Shown one piece after another: positions 1 through 7,973 of a stretch of 46,537 bases of DNA (within the stretch, counting starts at the first letter, position 1; every line of letters starts with the position of its first letter). A program made the translations under genes and the position numbers. Under the pieces are notes generated by a model that searched no databases, was not told the DNA's origin, and saw only the letters and a program-made list of their open reading frames with translations. Source of the stretch: a virus. Its lineage: Duplodnaviria > Caudoviricetes. The stretch lies in IMG/VR virus record IMGVR_UViG_3300048865_000027, positions 1-46,537 of that record; one strand, 5' to 3'.

Positions 1-1293
1 TCAGGCACCTAGGACGGTACGCCCAGCCTGGGGCACCTCGCCGTGCGAATCCCGTGCGAATGCACCCTCGCGCCGGTAATTGGCCGGTATGAACTTGCCG
101 TAGATTTTGAATACCATCTCGACGTCCACGTGGCCCAGCTGGTTGGCGAGCCAATACGGGTTGCCCCCGGCCGTCAGCCGTGTGCTGGCGAAGGTGTGCC
201 GCAGCTGGTAGGGGTTACGATACCGTACGCCGGCGCGCTTGCACAGCGGCATCCACAGGCTTTTCCGGAACTGGTATTCCGACTCCCATGGCGCGCCCTT
301 GCGCGGGTCGTGCCATATCCGGCCGCCGGCCAGGAAGGTGTAGGCCTTCTGGGCCTGGAGCGCGGCCAGCGCCGCCGGCGTCAGCTCCACGTCGCGTGTG
401 CCCGCCGCGGTCTTGGGCGTTTTCAGCACCTGGGTGACCTTACCGTCGACCATCCCAGTGACCAGGTTGTCGGCGATGCGCATGCGGCTGTGTATCCAGT
501 CGGTGCCCGCCCAGGACATGGCCAGCATCTCGCCTGGCCGGGGGCCCGTCTCGAGCCAGAACTGGATCATGGGGCGCTCGTCTGCCCTTGCCGCCCGCAG
601 CAAGGCGGCGACCTCGTCTATGTCGAAGGGGTCCACCTCGTACTCGGACTTCTTGGCCGTCTGCTTGATCAGCTTCTTCAGGGCGATCCTGTCCAGGGGG
701 TTGAACTCGATCAGCTCGTCATTGACCGCGTCGTCCAGGACGGACCGAAGCGGCGTCAGGCGGTTGCGCACGGTCTTGCCCGTTACGCCCATGCTTGCGA
801 TCCACTCGCGCAGCGCCGACGGCGCCAGCTCGTCTATCCGGGTGTTGGCCCATTTGGGCAGCAGGTACAGCCGGATGGCCTTCTCGTACCCCAGCAGGGT
901 CGACGCGGATATGGTGCCGTTCTCCGCCTGCTTCTCGTAGATGGCCTTCTGCCGCTGCAGGAGCGGACCGAGCAACAGGCGCGTGCCCGGCAGCTCCCCG
1001 CCGGCGGGCTCCAGCTTTGCCGCCTTGGCCGAGTCCGGGAAGTACGCCCGGTACGAAAACGTGCCGTCCTTTATCTTGCGCCGGATCTCCGCACGCAGGC
1101 CCGCGGCATACTCGATATAGCCCTTATTGATCTTGGCCGGCGGCAGCAGCTCGCGGCATTCCTCGCCCTTGTAGCTGAAGGCGATCTGCACCCGCGGGCC
1201 CTCGGTGGTTTCCCGGTAGGTTATGCCGCGCGGAGTTTCTGGTCTGGCTGACTCGTTTCGGCCCACTTGTCCACTTCCTCGGTATTGATCCAA
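1..1293 (-). CDS. int: Tyrosine recombinase/integrase with N-terminal arm-binding domain
   Basis: Motifs TGPRPGE, KT, YQLRHTF, LGH...Y; the true start may be the downstream GTG (VGRNES). Confidence 0.95.
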   Translation of the reverse strand: MDQYRGSGQVGRNESARPETPRGITYRETTEGPRVQIAFSYKGEECRELLPPAKINKGYIEYAAGLRAEIRRKIKDGTFSYRAYFPDSAKAAKLEPAGGELPGTRLLLGPLLQRQKAIYEKQAENGTISASTLLGYEKAIRLYLLPKWANTRIDELAPSALREWIASMGVTGKTVRNRLTPLRSVLDDAVNDELIEFNPLDRIALKKLIKQTAKKSEYEVDPFDIDEVAALLRAARADERPMIQFWLETGPRPGEMLAMSWAGTDWIHSRMRIADNLVTGMVDGKVTQVLKTPKTAAGTRDVELTPAALAALQAQKAYTFLAGGRIWHDPRKGAPWESEYQFRKSLWMPLCKRAGVRYRNPYQLRHTFASTRLTAGGNPYWLANQLGHVDVEMVFKIYGKFIPANYRREGAFARDSHGEVPQAGRTVLGA

Positions 1294-1421
1294 AGGCAGC
1301 CGTCGGCGGCCTTCCGGTAATGGACACCCTCGGTCCAGATGTGTCGCCGATTTTTAGCATAGACGGCGTCCGGGGTGTCGCCCGACATTTCGCAGTACTT
1401 CTGCAGTTTCACCCATTTCAT
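1221..1421 (-). CDS. xis: Excisionase
   Basis: 66-aa basic protein (KWVKLQKYCEMSG...WTEGVHYRKAADG) overlapping the int 5' end. Confidence 0.85.
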   Translation of the reverse strand: MKWVKLQKYCEMSGDTPDAVYAKNRRHIWTEGVHYRKAADGCLWINTEEVDKWAETSQPDQKLRAA

Positions 1422-1810
1422 GGGGCGTTCTCCTTGGGAACTTCCACGCGGCCGCCGGCCACATACCTCTTGTGGACCAGGCAGGATGATCCGGAGGTCG
1501 CCATGAGCGTCCCCTCGGGCTGGCCGGGTTCACCTCCCAGCGCAGCGGCAGCGCGGCGGTTCCACCATGCGATGGCATCGGCCTTTGCCTGCTCCGATAT
1601 GTTGGTTGTGCCCTTCCCAAACTCCCACTTCTCATCTTCGAAGCCTTTGCCGCTGACGCCACACGCAGCGCATTTCACCCACCATTTGCCAGGGTAGTAG
1701 CCCCACGATCCGGATGCATGCTCCAGGGCGCCGGGTTCTCCGCAGAACGGACACGGCAACAGTTCCGCCGCCTTCGCCGCTCTCCTGAGCAGTTCCTTGT
1801 CATGCTCCAT
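1418..1810 (-). CDS. Lar-family restriction alleviation-like protein
   Basis: LLPCPFCG...CxxC...AIAWWNRR; start reassigned to the ATG at 1810. Confidence 0.75.
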   Translation of the reverse strand: MEHDKELLRRAAKAAELLPCPFCGEPGALEHASGSWGYYPGKWWVKCAACGVSGKGFEDEKWEFGKGTTNISEQAKADAIAWWNRRAAAALGGEPGQPEGTLMATSGSSCLVHKRYVAGGRVEVPKENAP

Positions 1811-2042
1811 CGCCGGGCTCCTTCGCCAGTTTCGCTGCACGCCGAAGTTCCTTGATGAAGACCTCCAGCATGTAGACCGGCACGTTGATGCGGTTGTCGC
1901 CGTTGGCGATCCAGATCTCCGCCTGGTGGCCGTAGTGACCAATGCAGACTGCCGGGCCGTAGTGTTCGTCCATAGTTGGGTCAGGCGGCATCGTGAGGGC
2001 TGCGGTGCAGGTTTCGCCAACGCTGAATTTAACGAGTCCCAT
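1800..2042 (-). CDS. Hypothetical phage protein
   Basis: AGGGAG RBS before the ATG at 2042; overlaps its neighbours in the operon. Confidence 0.6.
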   Translation of the reverse strand: MGLVKFSVGETCTAALTMPPDPTMDEHYGPAVCIGHYGHQAEIWIANGDNRINVPVYMLEVFIKELRRAAKLAKEPGDGA

Positions 2043-3408
2043 GGTCATCTCCCTGTTCTTCGGCACGCTGGGCGCGGGCGGCGTCGGCCTCGTCGTACTT
2101 CCTGGCATAGTAGGTGCCCCAATATTGGTTGGCCGCGCCCATCTGCCTGCGCCATCCCAGTTCATAGGCGGCGTTCATCATCCCGCTCAGCGTGTCGTGG
2201 CGCGTCCGAAATTCTGCGCACTCAGCTTCCGATAGTTCAGCTCTTTCGAAGCCTTGAGGCATGTACACCATAAGGTGCTCCCAGGCGCGCGGATCGGCCT
2301 GGATGTCGGGATATAACGCCATCGTGTCCGCGCACTGCATCAGCATTTCTGAGATGCGCTCACGGGCGGTTTCACGTGTCGTTGGCTCCGCATCCCCCGC
2401 GCTGGGCTGGCGAGACAGGGCATCGCGGAACTTGTGCCACGCAGCCGCGCGGAACGTGAATGTGCCATCGCACGCGAGTCGGCCGCCGCAATCCATGGCG
2501 AAGTCATCGAAGTCACCGCGCGTTCCGGCCTCCCGCTCGTCGCCCCGCGCAGCCGGTGCGGCGGAGCAGTGGGGCAGGTGCGCGTATCCGTGCTGGTCGC
2601 TGCCGCAGCCGCACTTCGAGCACCATTCCTGATGCGCGGGCGCATCCGATGGGGCGGCGTCGGCGGAACGGTCATGCTCAATGGCCTTGTCCGGATCGGC
2701 GGTGCGCCAATCAGGCCACTGTCGGCCTTCGTTCTTCGTCTGCTTGGCAACGATGGCTTCAACGATCTGCGCCGGACTGGCCCCACTGCGCCACGCTCCA
2801 TCAAGGGCCAGAATCACCACATCGACCCATTCCTTAAGGTCCCCAGGATCGGCCTCGATTTCGCAAAGTTCCTTGCGGATATGGTCGACCACGCCTTTCG
2901 CACGAGCGCCGGGGCCGAACGTGCGTTCGGACCATTCCCGTTGTCTCGCAAGATGCGCGACCATGTCGAACCGCGGCGCCCCGGCCTCTACAGGTGCGGG
3001 TGCGTCCGAGGGGGCGGCGAGCAACCTGTAATGCTCCTTCAATTCCCAAAGCTTCCGCACCGTCCAGGCGGGAAATGTCGCCCTGTCGTCCTGTGCCATG
3101 CGGTATGTGTCATCCAGCACCGCCCCGGACTCGCTGGCTGCAGGCTTGCCCAACGGCGGCTTCCACAGCTCGCCACCGTGGTACGTGTAGCCAAGGCGAG
3201 CCAGCGTCGCGATTGCGGCTTGTGACTCGCTGGCGGCAGGCAGGCGGGCGCGGACCTGGGCGATGACAGCGCGCATCTGCCCCATGCTGGCCATGTCGAA
3301 AAGTCCGGGAAACTCGGATTCTTCATCCGGGGCGGTCCACCTGACGCCAGCGCGGTCGCACAATGCGATGATTTCCTCGTCCGTCAGCGTCTGTTCATTG
3401 GTCTTCAT
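2029..3408 (-). CDS. Mosaic early protein with DUF550 (MazG-like dATP/dGTP pyrophosphohydrolase) domain
   Basis: REWSERTFGP...DHIRKELCEIE...EWVDVVILALDGAWR...KNEGRQWPDWR; start MKTNEQ at 3408 with AAGGAAGG RBS. Confidence 0.8.
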   Translation of the reverse strand: MKTNEQTLTDEEIIALCDRAGVRWTAPDEESEFPGLFDMASMGQMRAVIAQVRARLPAASESQAAIATLARLGYTYHGGELWKPPLGKPAASESGAVLDDTYRMAQDDRATFPAWTVRKLWELKEHYRLLAAPSDAPAPVEAGAPRFDMVAHLARQREWSERTFGPGARAKGVVDHIRKELCEIEADPGDLKEWVDVVILALDGAWRSGASPAQIVEAIVAKQTKNEGRQWPDWRTADPDKAIEHDRSADAAPSDAPAHQEWCSKCGCGSDQHGYAHLPHCSAAPAARGDEREAGTRGDFDDFAMDCGGRLACDGTFTFRAAAWHKFRDALSRQPSAGDAEPTTRETARERISEMLMQCADTMALYPDIQADPRAWEHLMVYMPQGFERAELSEAECAEFRTRHDTLSGMMNAAYELGWRRQMGAANQYWGTYYARKYDEADAARAQRAEEQGDDHGTR

Positions 3409-3733
3409 GGCCTTCCTTGGTAGATGGGATGACAGCCAGTGGCTGCCACAGGCGCTTGAAGCGCGGCTCTTCGCCATCAAGGCTGTCTTCGTAGTAATAG
3501 CCGTTGTCCACGCCGGATTTGGGATACCGGTAAGCCACCGGCTTCAGCTCCGCGATCAACTCCGCGCGGGCCTGGGCGATGCCGTGCGCGAAGCCAGCGT
3601 CCCAGCCAACCGAATAGCCTCGGTCGTGGGCGGCCTGAGCATGCTGCTTCAGAAGTCCAAGCGAATAGCTGTCGTCAGCCTCGCTGCACGATATGCAATC
3701 GGGTGCGGGAGTGTCAGGGTAGGGTTGAATCAC
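3395..3733 (-). CDS. Hypothetical phage protein
   Basis: GTG start overlapping the upstream TGA, preceded by AAGGAG. Confidence 0.55.
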   Translation of the reverse strand: MIQPYPDTPAPDCISCSEADDSYSLGLLKQHAQAAHDRGYSVGWDAGFAHGIAQARAELIAELKPVAYRYPKSGVDNGYYYEDSLDGEEPRFKRLWQPLAVIPSTKEGHEDQ

Positions 3734-4002
3734 GTTGTCGGCTCCTTGCGGTCGATCAGGGTGCGGATGCGCGCGGCAGAATGGCAATTGGCCGTATGCG
3801 ATGCCATGCTCTGATCCTCGTTATCGAGTACCGCCGCTATCGCTTCCTCCAGCGCCTTGCGCCGCTCGTCGGCGCGCGCAGTGTCGATCTGACGCTGGAT
3901 GTGCCCGCGCAGGCTCTGGCGCTCGGCCGTGGTCATGATGTCGGCAGCCCATTTCGGCAACCGCGGCAACTCCGGCCGGGCGGGGGGGGGGTCATTGGGC
4001 AT
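3730..4002 (-). CDS. Hypothetical phage protein
   Basis: 90 aa, GGAGG RBS, coupled to its neighbours; G10 tract near the 5' end. Confidence 0.55.
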   Translation of the reverse strand: MPNDPPPARPELPRLPKWAADIMTTAERQSLRGHIQRQIDTARADERRKALEEAIAAVLDNEDQSMASHTANCHSAARIRTLIDRKEPTT

Positions 4003-4711
4003 TGCTGCCTCCGGTCATGGCGGCGCGTCGCACTTCGAACGCATCGGGGTCGATGCCCGCATCCCTGCACACCTTGATCGCCGAATTGCTGCCCAAGGCA
4101 AATAGCTCTCTTGCTATCACCCAATTGGGCTTGGTCGAGTAGTCGTCCGCGCAGATGCGGCGCGCGTTCGACAGGAGGTAGAACGGCGTGAAGTGGGCGT
4201 GGCCGACATTGCACGTCGGCGCATCCCCGCCTTCCTGCTGCTCGGCGGGGTGGGCACCAGACGGAGGGGGAAGGGGCTGCCAGTGGGTGGGCGTCGAACT
4301 CGCGCTTTTGTTCGGCAAATGCCAGTGATTCAGCATCATCGAGTGCCACGGGTTATCGAAGCGGAATCCCGACGGTGAGAACTGCTGGAAGTGCCCAACC
4401 CAGCTACCGCCGCTTTCGGCATTGGTCAGCAGAATGTATGTCCCATCCTTCGGCGCGCTCGCAATGTCTCGCCACCCGGAGGGCTGCTGGGGGTGGGCGC
4501 GTCGGTTCCAGGCTGCGATGGCGCTGGCGCCCGACTCGTCCCAGTTCTTCCCGTTGGCCTCGACACCGCAGTCGCCGCAATGCACGATAGGGAATCCTCT
4601 GTCGGCCGGGTCGTACTTGTCGGTGCGCTTGCACGTCGGCGGCGACATATGGATCGTCGTTCCGCCGCAGAACGGGCAGGGCAGCAGGGCTTCGGTGGGG
4701 GATTGGGTCAT
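3992..4711 (-). CDS. Lar-like zinc domain fused to a DUF551-like domain
   Basis: LLPCPFCG...AIAAWNRR followed by WRDIASAPKDGT...PTHWQPLPPP. Confidence 0.75.
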   Translation of the reverse strand: MTQSPTEALLPCPFCGGTTIHMSPPTCKRTDKYDPADRGFPIVHCGDCGVEANGKNWDESGASAIAAWNRRAHPQQPSGWRDIASAPKDGTYILLTNAESGGSWVGHFQQFSPSGFRFDNPWHSMMLNHWHLPNKSASSTPTHWQPLPPPSGAHPAEQQEGGDAPTCNVGHAHFTPFYLLSNARRICADDYSTKPNWVIARELFALGSNSAIKVCRDAGIDPDAFEVRRAAMTGGSNAQ

Positions 4712-4770
4712 GTCAGTCTTCCCATGGTCCAGGGTAATCGCGGCCGGGCTTCTGCCTGCGCTTCCTGCTG

Positions 4771-4829
4771 TTGCGGGACATGGCGGGGGAGCAGTACGAT
4801 CGGCGCCGTTCACACCTTGGGAGAGGGGA
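4771..4829 (+). promoter_or_regulatory. Putative sigma70 promoter and RBS of cassette A
   Basis: TTGCGG-18-TACGAT, then CCTTGGGAGAGGGGA-ATG; near-identical to 6033-6090. Confidence 0.55.
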
Positions 4830-5369
4830 ATGTCGTTCGATACGTTCGTCCAGATCAGCGGCGCCGCGGCAAATTGGGCCTCCGCTATCGCCACCGGAGC
4901 GGCCTCGATCATTGCGCTTTGGCTTGGAACGGCCGACGCGAGACGTCGCGCGAATGAGAGCCGACTGATGGGCGACACGGTGCGCGCTCTGCTCGAGCTC
5001 GAACTGCATGCAGTGGCGGTTGCGGCGGAGAAGTTGCCCGCAGCGCTCGCGAGTATCCGGCCCGATCCCCCGGGCAGCCAGAACGATGACGGTCACATCG
5101 CCTTTCTTCGCTTCACTGCTAGCCGCTTGGTCACTCCAGCCGCCCAGGCGAACTTTGCGCAATTGATCCATCTTGGAGAGCGTGAATCGCAGCTGGTCGC
5201 AGCCGTCGTCGGTGAAACGGTCAGACTCAAGCGGACGCTGGAAGATTGGACGGAGCACTATGCGATCATGGACCGGCGGGAGGCGGTGATTGATAGCATC
5301 GAAGAGAGAGCGGTCGATATAGCGCAGGCCATCCGGCTGCTGCCGTGGGCTGCGAAGGAAAGGGATTAG
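4830..5369 (+). CDS. Counter-oriented membrane-anchored moron protein A
   Basis: 179 aa, strong RBS, N-terminal hydrophobic helix (NWASAIATGAASIIALWLG). Confidence 0.75.
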   Translation: MSFDTFVQISGAAANWASAIATGAASIIALWLGTADARRRANESRLMGDTVRALLELELHAVAVAAEKLPAALASIRPDPPGSQNDDGHIAFLRFTASRLVTPAAQANFAQLIHLGERESQLVAAVVGETVRLKRTLEDWTEHYAIMDRREAVIDSIEERAVDIAQAIRLLPWAAKERD

Positions 5370-6031
5370 CACGCTTCGATCCTCCTGAACTCCACCACCC
5401 ACACCCAGGGATTCGCCTCCCAGGCGCCGGCGCCGTTGATCGATTCCCACAACTGGGCGAAGCCGTTGCGGTAGGGGTGATCTATCTCGATCAAGGGCAG
5501 ATCCAGTAGTTGGCTCTCGTCTTGGCCAATGGCCGGTATCTCGATGGGCGATGCGCCCTCGGCGATGCTGTCGGCCTCGCTGATATCCTGCAACCGCTCC
5601 ACGCGTACGCCGGTTATCTCCAGCGTGATGCGGCTGGCCCAGCGTGGCATGTGGATAGAGGGCTTCCATCCAGCGCCGTAGTCACCCAGGCACACGCCAT
5701 CAGGGGTTTTCACCTTGTGGCAGGGTAGATCGTCATGCTCTTCGAGCCACGCCTCATCGGCGCGATATTCGATGCCGTCGTAGCCGTCCCACGGGTCTGG
5801 GCGCGATCCGATCCCCCATGTTTCCCGCACCCACAGGCGGTCGCCGAGCTGGCCGTAGGGGCTCAACTCAGCGGCGACGCGTGGGCGTGGATCGCCGACT
5901 GGCGGTTGAAGGCAGGCGGCGAGGCCCGGCGTGCGAAGCGTGATCTTCACCAAGCGCCGCGTCTGCGTCTTCGTGTCGGTCAGCAGGGCGCGCACCATCG
6001 GCGCCGAGAAAAGGATGGGGCGCTCTTTCAT
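5366..6031 (-). CDS. ASCH/PUA-like phage protein
   Basis: MKERPILFSAPMVRA...KTQTRR...LWVRETW...WKPSIHMPRWASRITLEIT...NPWVWVVEF. Confidence 0.85.
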   Translation of the reverse strand: MKERPILFSAPMVRALLTDTKTQTRRLVKITLRTPGLAACLQPPVGDPRPRVAAELSPYGQLGDRLWVRETWGIGSRPDPWDGYDGIEYRADEAWLEEHDDLPCHKVKTPDGVCLGDYGAGWKPSIHMPRWASRITLEITGVRVERLQDISEADSIAEGASPIEIPAIGQDESQLLDLPLIEIDHPYRNGFAQLWESINGAGAWEANPWVWVVEFRRIEAC

Positions 6032-6032
6032 G

Positions 6033-6090
6033 CTGACACCTCCGCGCCGGCGCAGTACGATTGCCGCCGGTTCAACCTTGGGAGAGGGGA
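6033..6090 (+). promoter_or_regulatory. Putative sigma70 promoter and RBS of cassette B
   Basis: CTGACA-17-TACGAT, then CCTTGGGAGAGGGGA-ATG. Confidence 0.6.
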
Positions 6091-6726
6091 ATGGATCGGA
6101 AGCCCGTACTCGGCTGGCCCGAATACACCGCAGTCGCCATTGGCATCGTGGTATCTGTCGGCGTGGCCGCTATCATTTCGCCTGCGGTGCGCTGTTTTTT
6201 TTCCAGCGACGTGCCGGCGGCCTGGGTGCAAGCTGTCGGGTCGATCGCCGCGATTGTTGGATCGTTTGCCCTCGGACGGTGGCAGTCCGCTAAAGCAATG
6301 GAACAGGCGATAGCGCTGAAAGATGCGGAGAAGATTGAGCGCCTGAAAGGGTACGAGTCCATCGTCGAACTCGTGTACATGCGTAGTTGGGAGGTTGGCA
6401 AGTCTATGACTCACAACATCGCGAATCCCGATATGGCAGTGACCAACTGGCAATTGACGCTGAGGCAAGACTGTATAGGCGCTTTGGGCGCTTTCGCAAA
6501 ATTGCCCTTGCACGAGTTGCATAGCCCTGAGTGCATTACAAGCGCCGCAGGCCTTGGTAGCGCTCTTGCCACTATGGTCGCTAACATGGATGCTTGGGCA
6601 ACTAAGGAACGCACCGCGCTGTGGGAGGCCGAGTTTGGCTCTGCTAGAGAACAGGTCCGCATCCAGTCCCTTCTGGCAGAAGGTCTGTGGAATCACTTCT
6701 GTGAGAACAGCAAGAAGCAGCTTTGA
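6091..6726 (+). CDS. Counter-oriented membrane moron protein B
   Basis: 211 aa, two N-terminal hydrophobic segments (AWVQAVGSIAAIVGSFALG); visibly lower GC than the flanks. Confidence 0.8.
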   Translation: MDRKPVLGWPEYTAVAIGIVVSVGVAAIISPAVRCFFSSDVPAAWVQAVGSIAAIVGSFALGRWQSAKAMEQAIALKDAEKIERLKGYESIVELVYMRSWEVGKSMTHNIANPDMAVTNWQLTLRQDCIGALGAFAKLPLHELHSPECITSAAGLGSALATMVANMDAWATKERTALWEAEFGSAREQVRIQSLLAEGLWNHFCENSKKQL

Positions 6727-6734
6727 TCGCATGG

Positions 6735-7259
6735 CTACGCCGCCTCCGCCATTTCCGGCGCGCTGGGTGGCTCGATGGAGAACTCGATCTCGTTGCCCAT
6801 GAGCGTCGACAGCTTGCCCACCGCCTTCTCGTCCGGGTTGCACTTCACCCGAAACGACAGGGTGACGCTCCCACCGTCCATCGGCTCGATGTGGAAGCCA
6901 TCGACGGTCGCGTCGCACAGGACGATGTCGCTCTTGCCGCTGGTGCCGTAGTGCACCGTGAACGTGGCGCCGACGATCTCGTCGTCCCACTTGAACGCAT
7001 GCAGCTTGTTGCCGAAGGCCAGGCGGGTGAGCTGCGGTGGCCCGTCTTCCTGCTCGGCCTGGTCGACCATGTCCATTTCGCCGGGGTGCGGCGCGCGGTA
7101 CAGCGAGGCCTTCAGCGACGGATGGAACTCGGACAGGATGTCGTTGGATACCGTGATGGATATCTTCAGGTCCGCACCGGGCACGTTCTCTTCGCCGTGC
7201 TTCTCCGGACGCAGATTGAAGTTCAGGAACTGGCCGGTCTGGTGGTCAAGCTCGAGCAT
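6735..7259 (-). CDS. Conserved hypothetical phage protein
   Basis: 174 aa, AGGAG RBS, phage-typical codon usage. Confidence 0.8.
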   Translation of the reverse strand: MLELDHQTGQFLNFNLRPEKHGEENVPGADLKISITVSNDILSEFHPSLKASLYRAPHPGEMDMVDQAEQEDGPPQLTRLAFGNKLHAFKWDDEIVGATFTVHYGTSGKSDIVLCDATVDGFHIEPMDGGSVTLSFRVKCNPDEKAVGKLSTLMGNEIEFSIEPPSAPEMAEAA

Positions 7260-7343
7260 GTGGGCTCCTGGTGGTGGAATAAAAAGGGGCGCGTCGGCGG
7301 TGCACGTGTTGGGGAGAGGGAGTGCCAGCGCGCCTGGAAAGGG

Positions 7344-7973
7344 TTACGCGGCCTTGCGGCGCAGCGTTTCGACCATGGCGCGCAGCTCGGCTTCGAACTG
7401 CAGCAGGCCGGGCAGCAACTTGGTGTTGATGTAGGCGTCGTCGCGGGGGATGCGCTGGATGTACAGCCGCCACTTCTCGCCCTGGCGGGGGTCGTAGGAA
7501 ATGAAATCCCACCAATGCCGGCCGGTGACCAGCATGTTTCCCTGGACCTGCGGTATGTGGTCTTCGGGCATTCCCTCCAGCCACGTCAGGATATGGACGG
7601 CCTCGTCATGCGGGCACTTCATTTCGACGCCGCCCTCGCGTCCGACCAAGCCATCCGGCGACGCGCCGATGAAAGGGTGACTCGGATGGGTAATGAAGGG
7701 TGACGGCACGATGATGCCGCCGGTCGTGACCATGTAGGCCTCGTTCGCCGCTTCTTCCAGGTCCTTGCCCCAGTCCAGCGATTTGCCGCCCACCTCGTGC
7801 TGCGCGATGCCGGCCAAGCGTTCGAAGGCCTTGACCCGCATCAGCTTCGCGCGCGCTTCCGTCGGTTTGCCGTCGCGCTTTACAGCGACGATGTCCTTGA
7901 ACGTCGAGGCGGTCAGTTTTCCGGCGCGCTCAAGGCGCCACGCGTCGGTGCGTTGTTCGGCCGGCGCGTTCAT
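7344..7973 (-). CDS. YqaJ/lambda-exonuclease family protein
   Basis: WRLERAGKLTAS...GASPDG...EMKCP...QVQGNM. Confidence 0.92.
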   Translation of the reverse strand: MNAPAEQRTDAWRLERAGKLTASTFKDIVAVKRDGKPTEARAKLMRVKAFERLAGIAQHEVGGKSLDWGKDLEEAANEAYMVTTGGIIVPSPFITHPSHPFIGASPDGLVGREGGVEMKCPHDEAVHILTWLEGMPEDHIPQVQGNMLVTGRHWWDFISYDPRQGEKWRLYIQRIPRDDAYINTKLLPGLLQFEAELRAMVETLRRKAA

